From: Pyrobaculum calidifontis JCM 11548
Lineage (GTDB): Archaea > Thermoproteota > Thermoprotei > Thermoproteales > Thermoproteaceae
Length of the DNA: 32,000 nucleotides
Direction of reading: 5' to 3'
NCBI RefSeq assembly: GCF_000015805.1
Contig: NC_009073.1
Coordinates: 180,001-212,000 of the forward strand
Part shown: in pieces, positions 20,503 to 27,403 of the stretch
Layout: each line of letters begins with the position of its first letter
Numbering within the stretch: the first letter of the stretch is position 1
Made by a program: the position numbers and the translations under genes
Notes under the pieces: generated by a model
What the model saw: only the letters and a program-made list of their open reading frames with translations
What the model was told of the DNA's origin: nothing
The model's database searches: none

Positions 20503-21315
20503 ATGGCTAAGTGCAAGGCTGTCGCAGTGGTGTCCGGGGGGCCTGACTCCACTTGCTACACAGCGCTGTGGATGAAGCGGGGGTGCGACGTCCACGCCCT
20601 GTCCTTCCTCTACGGCCAGAAGGGGGCTGTGGAGGTGGAGAAGGCCCAGGCGGTGTTGAAGAGGCTGGACGAGCTTGCGGCTAAGCGGGGCTGGGGCCGT
20701 GTGGTGGAGCACAAGGTGGTGGACTTGTCCTCCCTTGGGGAGCTGTGGAGGGGCACTCAGCTCACGGACGCGGGGGTGGCGGTGGAGCGCGAGTACGCGC
20801 CCACGGTGGTTGTCCCCATTAGGAACGTGGTTATGGCCGCCGTGGCCACGGCTTATGCCTACACTCTGAGGGCGGTGTCTGGGGCAAAGGTGTACGTCAT
20901 CCTCGGCTCTCACTACGATGACATAAGGCCGAGGGAGGACACGTGGGAGCCCCTCTACCCCGACTGTAGCCCCGAGTGCTTCGAGGCGTTGCAGGCGGCG
21001 TTTAGGATATGCCACTTCCGCGGCGAGAGAGACGTGGAGCTGTGGACTCCCTCGAGGGAGGGGTTGCGCAAGTCTCAGCTGTTGAAGCTCTGCTACGACG
21101 AGGTGGGCAACTTGGTGTATGAGACTTGGTCGTGCTACCTCTCCGACGAGGCGCACTGCGGGAGGTGTGAGAGCTGTAGGAATAGACACAGGGCCTTCCT
21201 GGAGGCGGGCCTCCCCGACTGCACTGCCTACCTCTCGCCGCCTGGCGACGGGTTTGAGAAAAGGGGCAACTTCTACATCCACGTGAGCTGCACTCACCGG
21301 CAGAGTCGCTTGTAG
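20503..21315 (+). CDS. queC: 7-cyano-7-deazaguanine (preQ0) synthase QueC
   Basis: The PP-loop [12 protein letters not shown] follows ATG 20503 directly; the track ORF from 20431 overlaps the CBS gene. The C-terminal Zn-binding signature is [24 protein letters not shown]. Confidence 0.9.
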   Translation: MAKCKAVAVVSGGPDSTCYTALWMKRGCDVHALSFLYGQKGAVEVEKAQAVLKRLDELAAKRGWGRVVEHKVVDLSSLGELWRGTQLTDAGVAVEREYAPTVVVPIRNVVMAAVATAYAYTLRAVSGAKVYVILGSHYDDIRPREDTWEPLYPDCSPECFEALQAAFRICHFRGERDVELWTPSREGLRKSQLLKLCYDEVGNLVYETWSCYLSDEAHCGRCESCRNRHRAFLEAGLPDCTAYLSPPGDGFEKRGNFYIHVSCTHRQSRL

Positions 21316-22070
21316 AGCTGGGGCCTGCGGAGGCGCAGAGTGGGCACAGTCTCCCTTGCCTTTTCCACGAGCGAGAGGTCGAGCTCCACGACCCTGTACC
21401 GCTCGCCTACGCCCAGCTCGGCCTCCACGACGCCGAATGGGTTCACGACGAGGGATCTGCCAGTGAAGCGCTGGCCGTAGAGCGCGGCCACGGCCACGTA
21501 CATGCCGTTTTCAATGGCCCTGGCCCTAGCCAAGACGTGGAGCGTCTCCTCCTTGAGCGGCCCCGCGTACCACGCCGCGGGCACTAGGGCGATCTGCGCG
21601 CTGGCGAGGGCAAGCTCTCTGAAGACCTCGGGGAACCGGAGCTCGAAGCACACGGCGAAGGCGACCCTGGCCCCCTTGACCTCGTACACCGGCGAAAGCT
21701 CTCCGCCGGGCTCCACAAACGCGGACTCTCTGTACTCATAGGCGTCGAATAGGTGGGTCTTTCTGTAGAGGCCGCGGACTTTGCCGCTTGGATCCACGAG
21801 GAGGGTCGTGTTGTAGACCTTGGGCTTTGGCCCCCTCTCGAGGAAGGCCCCCGCTACGTAGGCCCCCGCCTCTGCGGCAATGCGGGCGAGCTTGTCGGCG
21901 AAGGTCTGCAACTCATCGGCGCGTTGGTAGACCTCCTCGGGGGGCAGGCCGGTGGGGTCAAAGTTCGAGTACTCGGGGAGCAGTATTAAGTCTGGCTCAC
22001 TCCCCGCAGCCATTTTCGCCACTGTGTCTACCGCCCCGGGGCCAATTTGCGCAATCCCAAGCTTAAACAT
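21294..22070 (-). CDS. carbon-nitrogen hydrolase (nitrilase superfamily)
   Basis: 258 aa with the catalytic-triad context: LILLPEY (Glu), YRKTHLF (Lys), [11 protein letters not shown] (Cys). TATA-like aatataaa (complement of 22090-22097) is about 23 nt upstream of ATG 22070. Confidence 0.85.
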   Translation of the reverse strand: MFKLGIAQIGPGAVDTVAKMAAGSEPDLILLPEYSNFDPTGLPPEEVYQRADELQTFADKLARIAAEAGAYVAGAFLERGPKPKVYNTTLLVDPSGKVRGLYRKTHLFDAYEYRESAFVEPGGELSPVYEVKGARVAFAVCFELRFPEVFRELALASAQIALVPAAWYAGPLKEETLHVLARARAIENGMYVAVAALYGQRFTGRSLVVNPFGVVEAELGVGERYRVVELDLSLVEKARETVPTLRLRRPQLYKRLCR

Positions 22071-22089
22071 GCTCCACGGAAAGTGGCCC

Positions 22090-22113
22090 TTTATATTCTT
22101 AAGGTATTTATAC
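22090..22113. promoter_or_regulatory. divergent TATA pair for the nitrilase-family gene and AOR
   Basis: tttatatt (22090-22097) serves the minus-strand gene starting at 22070. tatttatac (22105-22113) is about 23 nt upstream of GTG 22132. Confidence 0.5.
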
Positions 22114-22131
22114 TAGCTCTTGCTCTACTGT

Positions 22132-23901
22132 GTGTACGGCTATTCAAATAGGTTGGTGAAGGTGGATTTGTCTAGTGGCAAGGTGGTTGTAGAGCCGTTG
22201 GAGGTGGGCGTGGCGCGTCGGCTTATTGGGGGCAAGGGGTTGGCCAACTGGCTTTTGTACCAGTACGGCATTTGGCGTTTTGACCCCCTATCGGGAGATA
22301 ACGCAATTGTCTTCGCCACGGGACCCCTGGCTGGCAGTATGCTTCCAATGACCACTAGGGCTTGGGCAGCCTTTAGGTCTCCTCTCACTGGCATATTGGG
22401 CGGGTCTAACGTGGGCGGGACGTTGGGCTCTGTCATGAAGTACGCCGGCGTCGACGCACTGATGATCGTCGGCAGGGCTGAGAGGCCCGTGTACCTAGTG
22501 GTGAGGGGTGACGGGGTGGAGATAAGAGACGCGTCGCACATATGGGGCAGAGACGCCATTGAGACAGAGGAGGTCTTGAAGAGGGACCACGGGAGAGATG
22601 CGGCGGTGTTGGCCATTGGCCCGGCGGGGGAGAACTTGGTAAAATTCGCCTCTATAAACCACGAATACTGGCGCCAGTTTGGCAGAACTGGGGGAGGGGC
22701 TGTCCTAGGCTTTAAGCGGGTTAAGGCGGTGGTATTTCTGCCAGTGAGGCGGGAGGTGGAGGTGGCCCGCCCAGAGGAGTTTAGGGAGTTTGCCAGGAGG
22801 TTTGTCAAAAGGTTTGTAGAAGACGCGGGGATAAGGGCGTACAGAGAGGGGGGCACCCCCAGGCTTGTGGAAGTGGCCGCCTCCACGGGCTTTCTCCCCT
22901 CGAAGTACTGGGCTGAGGTCACTATAGAGGGGTGGGAGAAGATTGCCTGGCCTAGCATTAGGGCGGGCTACTTCTTGGGGCCGGGGGCCTGTCTGCACTG
23001 CCCAGCCGCCTGCCACAGGCTTGTGGAGTCTAAGAAGTTCGGCGTTAGAGTGGACTTGGAGTATGAGACGATATACGCCTTGGGTAGCTTGTTGGGCATC
23101 ACAGACTTAGACTGTATAATCAGGTTGAACGACTTGGCGGATAGGCTGGGCATGGACACCATCTCCCTTGGAAACGTGGTGGGCTTCGCCATACGTATGG
23201 CCGAGAGGGGGGCTATAAGCCTCGGCGTGGGGTGGGGCGACTGCGAGGGGGTGGAGAGGCTTGTGTTAGACATTGCCTATAGGAGGGGGGTTGGGGACTT
23301 GCTGGCGGAGGGGGTCAGGGCCTTCGCCGAGAGGATTGGAGCATTAGACGAGGCCGTCCACGTGAAGGGGCTAGAGCCCGCTGGGTACGACCCGCGGACT
23401 CTTAGGGGAATGGCCCTCGGCTTTGCGGTGGCTGGGCGGGGGGCAGACCACTTGGGCACTATGGCGTATGCCATTGACATAGCTGGGAGGGCGGGGGGAA
23501 GGCTGAGTCTCTCTGAGGAGAAGGTCCGGGCAATTATTGAGTTTGAAAACCTCGGCGCCGTGATGGACTCGGCCCCCCTGTGTAAATTTGGGCGGAGCGT
23601 CTACACCTTCGACGTAATTGCCGAGGCGCTTAGAGCCGTTACTGGGTTTGACTACACTGGGAGAGAGGTTGCGGAGGCTGGGGCGAGGATTGTCACATTG
23701 ACTAGGTTGATAAATGTTAAAATGGGGGTGGACAAGAGGGCTGACCTTTTGCCAAAGCCCTGGCTTAGGCCTGTCAAATTTGAAGGTGTTGAATACTCCA
23801 TTGACCCAGCCGAGTTTGAAAAAGCGTTGGAGAAGTACTACGAGCTGAGAGGCTGGGACAAGGAGGGAATTCCAGGGGAAGAGGCGCTTAAAGGCCTCTG
23901 A
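22132..23901 (+). CDS. aor: aldehyde:ferredoxin oxidoreductase family (tungstopterin enzyme)
   Basis: GTG 22132 gives the canonical AOR N-terminus MYGYSNRLVKVDLSSGKV and fits the TATA spacing; the track start is TTG 22120. Length and motifs fit an AOR family member (GGKGLANWLL, the CHRL Cys-containing segment GACLHCPAACHRL, GLEPAGYDPR). Confidence 0.9.
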   Translation: MYGYSNRLVKVDLSSGKVVVEPLEVGVARRLIGGKGLANWLLYQYGIWRFDPLSGDNAIVFATGPLAGSMLPMTTRAWAAFRSPLTGILGGSNVGGTLGSVMKYAGVDALMIVGRAERPVYLVVRGDGVEIRDASHIWGRDAIETEEVLKRDHGRDAAVLAIGPAGENLVKFASINHEYWRQFGRTGGGAVLGFKRVKAVVFLPVRREVEVARPEEFREFARRFVKRFVEDAGIRAYREGGTPRLVEVAASTGFLPSKYWAEVTIEGWEKIAWPSIRAGYFLGPGACLHCPAACHRLVESKKFGVRVDLEYETIYALGSLLGITDLDCIIRLNDLADRLGMDTISLGNVVGFAIRMAERGAISLGVGWGDCEGVERLVLDIAYRRGVGDLLAEGVRAFAERIGALDEAVHVKGLEPAGYDPRTLRGMALGFAVAGRGADHLGTMAYAIDIAGRAGGRLSLSEEKVRAIIEFENLGAVMDSAPLCKFGRSVYTFDVIAEALRAVTGFDYTGREVAEAGARIVTLTRLINVKMGVDKRADLLPKPWLRPVKFEGVEYSIDPAEFEKALEKYYELRGWDKEGIPGEEALKGL

Positions 23902-24577
23902 GAATCGACGCCATTGCCCTGGCGTTTTCCAACATGGCGTGGTCGTTGTTGAAAAAGACGTAGACCCGCTCGGCCCCCGTCTCTACGATGCGCCTGGCCA
24001 CCTCACGGAGCTCCTCCTCGTCGTAGTAGTGGGAGTACCAGAAGGTGCGCCCGTGCATCCTCAAGTACACCACGCCCCCCGTGGCCACTATCCAAGACGC
24101 CTCCGGGGAGTCCACAGACACAGCCACGAAGCCCGCCCTCTCGGCCCACTTAGCCGTGGCCTCGGTAAACCAGCCGGGGTGCCTAAACTCCACGGCCGCG
24201 CGCCTCCCCAAGAGGGCCGCCACCGCCTCCACTCTGCGCATGTTTTCGCCGCTGGGCCGAAAGGTGGGGGGTAGCTGAAAGAGGTAGAAGTCCACTAGGG
24301 GGTCGAGGGGCTTGAAGAGGCTGAGGAAGTTGCCCAGCCTCTCCACAGCCCTATCCGAGAGGCGGCCGAGGTGAGTGACGCCGCGGTGGACCTTCACCGC
24401 CCACCTCAGCGTCTTTCCCACCTCTGCCCACTGGGCCACCTGCCTCGGCGTGGGGTAGCGGTAAAAGCTTGCGTTTAGCTCAACTGCGTTGAGGCCCGAG
24501 TTTTCCACGTACCACTTAAGCGACTTGCCCAAGTTCCACGAGTAGAGCCAGCCCGAGGTGCCGACATATACTTCCAC
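23888..24577 (-). CDS. DUF72 family protein
   Basis: The N-terminus VYVGTSGWLYSWN, NAVELNASFYRYPT and FRHPGW match the DUF72 (UPF0759) pattern. The GTG start is 2 nt after the CoA-transferase stop. The 3' end overlaps AOR by 14 nt. Confidence 0.8.
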   Translation of the reverse strand: MEVYVGTSGWLYSWNLGKSLKWYVENSGLNAVELNASFYRYPTPRQVAQWAEVGKTLRWAVKVHRGVTHLGRLSDRAVERLGNFLSLFKPLDPLVDFYLFQLPPTFRPSGENMRRVEAVAALLGRRAAVEFRHPGWFTEATAKWAERAGFVAVSVDSPEASWIVATGGVVYLRMHGRTFWYSHYYDEEELREVARRIVETGAERVYVFFNNDHAMLENARAMASILRGL

Positions 24578-24579
24578 GG

Positions 24580-25761
24580 CTACGCCACAGCCCCCCTCTT
24601 TTTCAGCTCTGCGATCTCCCCCTCGGTATACCCCAGCTCTTTTAACACCTCCTCAGTGTGTTCCCCCAGCTTGGGAGGCGGTGTGTAGTTGCCCACGTCT
24701 ATGGCCGTGGCTTTTATGGGATTTGCCAACGTCAATATTTTTCCAATCTCTCTGTGTTCCGTCTCTACGACCATGCCTCTTGCCTTAACGTGTGGGTCTT
24801 GGACCACTTGGCTTACCTTGTATACAGGCGCGACGGGGACGCCCGCCTTTCTCAACCTCTCAACCCAATAGGCCACATCTTCTTTGGAAAAGATCTCCTC
24901 GAGTAGGGGGATTAGCAGGTCTCGGTTTTTTACTCTGTCGTAGTTTGTCTTAAACCTCTCGTCCTCTGCCAAATCTCTCCTCCCTATCGCCTCGCAGAAC
25001 ATTTTCCAGAGGTGGTCGTTTCCCACGGCGAGTATGAAGTACCCGTCTCTGGCCTTAAACGCTTGGTAGGGGACAATTGTGGGGTGTGCGCTCCCCATCC
25101 TCTGGGGGTCTTTGCCTGAGGCAAAGTAGTACCCCGCCTGGTGGGTTAGAAGCGAAATCGCGCTATCCAGAAGAGCCATGTCGATGTATCCGCCGACTCC
25201 GGCGTAGAGGTGAGACAGTATCGCAATTACGCAGTACATGCCAGTCACTATGTCGGTTATAGGCACGGCGAATTTTACAGGCGGCCTATCCGGCTCCCCT
25301 GTTAAATCCATTAGCCCACTCATGGCCAAGGCTATGAGGTCATAGCCAGGGAGGTCTCTGTAGGGGCCGTATTGGCCAAATCCACTGATAGAGCAGTAAA
25401 TTATGTCGGGGTTTATCTTAGAGATCGTCCTGTAGTCTATGCCCAACTTCTCTGCCACGCCGGGCCTAAAAGACTCTATGAAGACCCTAGAGCTTTTTAC
25501 AAGTCTGTACAAGACCTCTCTCCCCTTTTCCTCTTTTAGATTTATAACAATAGACCTCTTCCCCCTATTAATTGAGGCAAAGTAGGCGCTGTACTTCTCG
25601 GCGTAGAAAGGCGGCCCCCAATCTCTGGCGTGGTCCCCCTCGGGCGGCTCCACTTTAACAACATCTGCGCCTAAGTCCGCCAACAACATTGTGGCAAAAG
25701 GGCCCGCCATGGCAGAGGTCAAGTCCACAACTCTAACCCCCTTCAGCGGGTAGATAGGCAT
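24580..25761 (-). CDS. family III CoA-transferase (CaiB/BaiF type)
   Basis: LKGVRVVDLTSAMAGPFATMLLADLGADVVKVEPPEGDHARDWGP is the hallmark N-terminus. Length is 393 aa. TATA-like aatttata (complement of 25781-25788) is about 23 nt upstream of ATG 25761. Confidence 0.9.
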   Translation of the reverse strand: MPIYPLKGVRVVDLTSAMAGPFATMLLADLGADVVKVEPPEGDHARDWGPPFYAEKYSAYFASINRGKRSIVINLKEEKGREVLYRLVKSSRVFIESFRPGVAEKLGIDYRTISKINPDIIYCSISGFGQYGPYRDLPGYDLIALAMSGLMDLTGEPDRPPVKFAVPITDIVTGMYCVIAILSHLYAGVGGYIDMALLDSAISLLTHQAGYYFASGKDPQRMGSAHPTIVPYQAFKARDGYFILAVGNDHLWKMFCEAIGRRDLAEDERFKTNYDRVKNRDLLIPLLEEIFSKEDVAYWVERLRKAGVPVAPVYKVSQVVQDPHVKARGMVVETEHREIGKILTLANPIKATAIDVGNYTPPPKLGEHTEEVLKELGYTEGEIAELKKRGAVA

Positions 25762-25826
25762 ATGTATGAATTTTATGTTCTATAAATTGTGTTGACGTAT
25801 TTTAAGAATAGGCGTGGGGAGTAGGT

Positions 25827-26228
25827 ATGACCCGCGGCGGAGATAGGGCGGCGGAGTGGTCGCCGTTGGTTGTAATATCTATGTCTGCGGTGCTTGCCCT
25901 AGTCATAGTGGCGTTGTTCAATTTTACAGTGCTTGAAGTAAATTCCACGTTTCTAATTGTGCCATGCGGCTCGGTTCTCAAAATTTCGTTTACGCATTCT
26001 GTATTTGACCAGCCTGTGGTTATCACTGGGCGAGTGTGCCACAGGTTTTACAATCTCTCAATAGGTGGCAGTGACGCGGTTGTGGAATACTATAGCCAGG
26101 GCTGGTCTATGGGCACAGCTTCTGCAGACACTTTATCGTTTTGCACAATGTTAGGCGTAAATATAACAATTAATGAAATAAGTTTATTTTTAAAAAATAA
26201 TTGCTTAACTATAAGAGTTGTTTGGTAA
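25827..26228 (+). CDS. small secreted/membrane-anchored protein, function unknown
   Basis: Its own TATA-like attttaag (25799-25806) is about 24 nt upstream of ATG 25827. It has an N-terminal hydrophobic anchor (LVVISMSAVLALVIVALF) and four N-x-S/T sequons (NFT, NST, NLS, NIT). The 3' end is very AT-rich (hand count 15% GC for 26161-26220). Confidence 0.5.
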   Translation: MTRGGDRAAEWSPLVVISMSAVLALVIVALFNFTVLEVNSTFLIVPCGSVLKISFTHSVFDQPVVITGRVCHRFYNLSIGGSDAVVEYYSQGWSMGTASADTLSFCTMLGVNITINEISLFLKNNCLTIRVVW

Positions 26229-27344
26229 TCACTTTGATAATGCTTGACAAGCTTGTTGCAGCCCTGCTTCGCAGAAGTATTTCAAGGCGCCTTGGTGGTA
26301 GGGGATTTTGCCGCCTAGCGCTATTAGCGCATTCTTTAGGTTAGTGTCTTTGGCCGCCGCCACGGACTTCTGGAGTATGTCTAAGTGTTCGAATACGGCT
26401 TTTGTAATCTTGTAGGCCACGTCTGCCGGTAGGTCTTTGTGACATACGAAGAAGTTCCAATATGCCAGTGTCACGGCGTCTTGAGGCGCGCCGTATACGC
26501 TCGCGGGTATTACACCCCTAGCCGCGACGCCGGGGTATTTCTCTGCGTAGGCCTTTATCACGTCGTCGGGGATGGAGATTAGCACAATTTGGTCTCCCCG
26601 CTGTTTTAGAAGCGCACTTAGCTCGACTATGCTGCCTGTGGGCAGTCCGCCCGACCAGAAGAATGCGTCTATTGTTCCGTCTGCAAGCGCCTTAGCGCTT
26701 TCCTGTACACCTAGTTTTTCCCACTTGGCGAAGTCTTTTGCCGGGTCTATGCCGACCAGTTGTAGAACAGATAGCGCATTTACCTCAGTGCCGCTACCTG
26801 GCGCGCCTGTGGAGACTCTCTTCCCTTTCAGGTCGTATATCGTCTTAATGCCCGTGGAGGCCTTTGTGACTATGTGGAGGTAGTTGGGGTACATGGCCCA
26901 TAGAATGGCTATCGGCGCCGTCTTATTGGCGAATTTTGGATGCTGGCCTGTGTACGCTAGATATGCGCTGTCGGGCAACGTAGTGGCGCAGTACTCCACG
27001 CCGCGGTCTCTAATTAGCAAAAGATTGTCAATAGAGGCCGCCGTCTGTATTGCGTTAGCTCTAATGTCTGTGTAATTGTTCAAAATAGAGGCAATTATGG
27101 ACCCGTAGTAGTAGTAGACCCCGCCAATTCCGCCTGTGGCTATGGTTATTCTGGAGACTGTGGGAGCCTGCGTGGTGGTGGGCTGTGTAGTTGTAGTGGT
27201 TGGAGATGGAGTGGCGGGCTTGGGAGTGGTAGTGGGGGGAGGCGTCGACGCGAGCCATACGGCTAATACTGCGGCGATAATTACCACTACGATTGCTATT
27301 AATATGCCGACTTTTTTATCCATAGAACGTTGTATTAATTTCAT
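26229..27344 (-). CDS. TRAP transporter solute receptor, TAXI family
   Basis: An N-terminal anchor and Thr/Pro linker are followed by ITIATGGIGGVYYYYGSIIASILN and DLKGKRVSTGAPGSGTEVNALSVL, characteristic of TAXI receptors. An alternative start at ATG 27323 (MDKKVG...) is also compatible with a TATA-like element. Confidence 0.85.
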   Translation of the reverse strand: MKLIQRSMDKKVGILIAIVVVIIAAVLAVWLASTPPPTTTPKPATPSPTTTTTQPTTTQAPTVSRITIATGGIGGVYYYYGSIIASILNNYTDIRANAIQTAASIDNLLLIRDRGVEYCATTLPDSAYLAYTGQHPKFANKTAPIAILWAMYPNYLHIVTKASTGIKTIYDLKGKRVSTGAPGSGTEVNALSVLQLVGIDPAKDFAKWEKLGVQESAKALADGTIDAFFWSGGLPTGSIVELSALLKQRGDQIVLISIPDDVIKAYAEKYPGVAARGVIPASVYGAPQDAVTLAYWNFFVCHKDLPADVAYKITKAVFEHLDILQKSVAAAKDTNLKNALIALGGKIPYHQGALKYFCEAGLQQACQALSK

Positions 27345-27403
27345 ATTTAAATGTTGCCGCTATGCCTATTTAATGTATATATAGGACTCTGTTCTAGAGA
27401 TAC

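Noticed and set aside
20488-21297. 269-aa minus-strand ORF antisense to queC.
   Set aside because: Its L/R/P/H/V-rich composition is typical of an antisense shadow. The sense strand carries unmistakable QueC motifs.
20503-21315. QueC-like protein as part of a QatABCD-type or deazaguanine DNA-modification defence system.
   Set aside because: No QatA/B/D-like, DpdA-like or other partner genes are adjacent. The protein has all canonical QueC motifs and sits among housekeeping genes, consistent with archaeosine precursor synthesis.
22459-22481. C/D-box-like string ctgatga-N12-ctga inside the AOR gene.
   Set aside because: It lies within a well-supported coding region. The first box lacks the purine at position 1, and there is no second box pair and no terminal stem. 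It is likely coincidental. Other tgatga occurrences (about 1083-1089, 28751-28757, and the complements of about 3887-3893 and 19888-19894) likewise lack a properly spaced D box.
22140-22958. 272-aa minus-strand ORF antisense to AOR (and 22705..23016, 22968..23273).
   Set aside because: These are Ser/Thr/Pro/Leu-rich antisense shadows. The sense strand encodes a full-length AOR.
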